Origin: a virus
IMG/VR virus record: IMGVR_UViG_3300044655_001360
Length of the DNA stretch: 64,000 nt
Reading direction: 5' to 3' (one strand)
In this document: positions 64,000 through 64,000 of the stretch, piece after piece
How positions within the stretch are numbered: position 1 is the stretch's first letter
Layout: every line of letters starts with the position of its first letter
Notes under the pieces: generated by a model
The model's database searches: none
What the model saw: the letters and a program-made list of their open reading frames with translations, nothing else
Told to the model about the DNA's origin: nothing
Program-made: the position numbers and the translations under genes

Positions 64000-64000
64000 A

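Noticed and set aside
1-64000. Stop-codon reassignment (alternative genetic code)
   Set aside because: Standard code gives dense, full-length genes, and TAA, TAG and TGA all terminate recognisable proteins at the expected ends.
1-64000. tRNA or rRNA genes
   Set aside because: No cloverleaf with a T-loop and acceptor stem, and no rRNA-like segment, was recognised by eye. tRNAscan-SE would confirm.

Overview
This AT-rich window is part of a large T4-like (jumbo) myophage genome. Its gene content resembles the RaK2/GAP32 group, which is an inference. Layout: 1-12.3 kb (+) encodes tail/baseplate fibre proteins, including FG-GAP and LamG adhesins. 12.3-36 kb (-) holds replication and maintenance genes: RNase H/5'-3' exonuclease, a probable sliding clamp, a PolB split into two genes by a split intein around a free-standing Vsr-like endonuclease, ClpA, DnaJ and a GH19 lysin. 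It also holds a cluster of probable internal head proteins that share an N-terminal leader, including two ART-PolyVal-like proteins. 32.5-48 kb is accessory: 13 small paralogous DUF1566/Lcl (C-type-lectin fold) genes, a 1.45 kb non-coding interval with iterated repeats and a probable large structured RNA, PhoH with a class-3 intein, a GIY-YIG endonuclease, dCMP deaminase and a clamp loader. 48-64 kb (mostly -) encodes GroES, a DnaE fragment, three modular structural paralogues carrying bacterial adhesin repeats, baseplate proteins, a PMM-type HAD, a glycosyltransferase and UvdE. The strongest unexplained signals are three non-coding elements around the DUF1566 genes. (i) A 21-22-nt hairpin, GCGAG-N4-GNTA-N4'-CGAGC, occurs in 11 intergenic copies with covarying stems. 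(ii) A 12-mer, CTAAAAGATAAT, has about 20 exact copies in promoters, at DUF1566 gene ends and in the non-coding interval. (iii) A promoter-driven structured RNA candidate of about 450-630 nt. All calls were made by eye, with no database searches.
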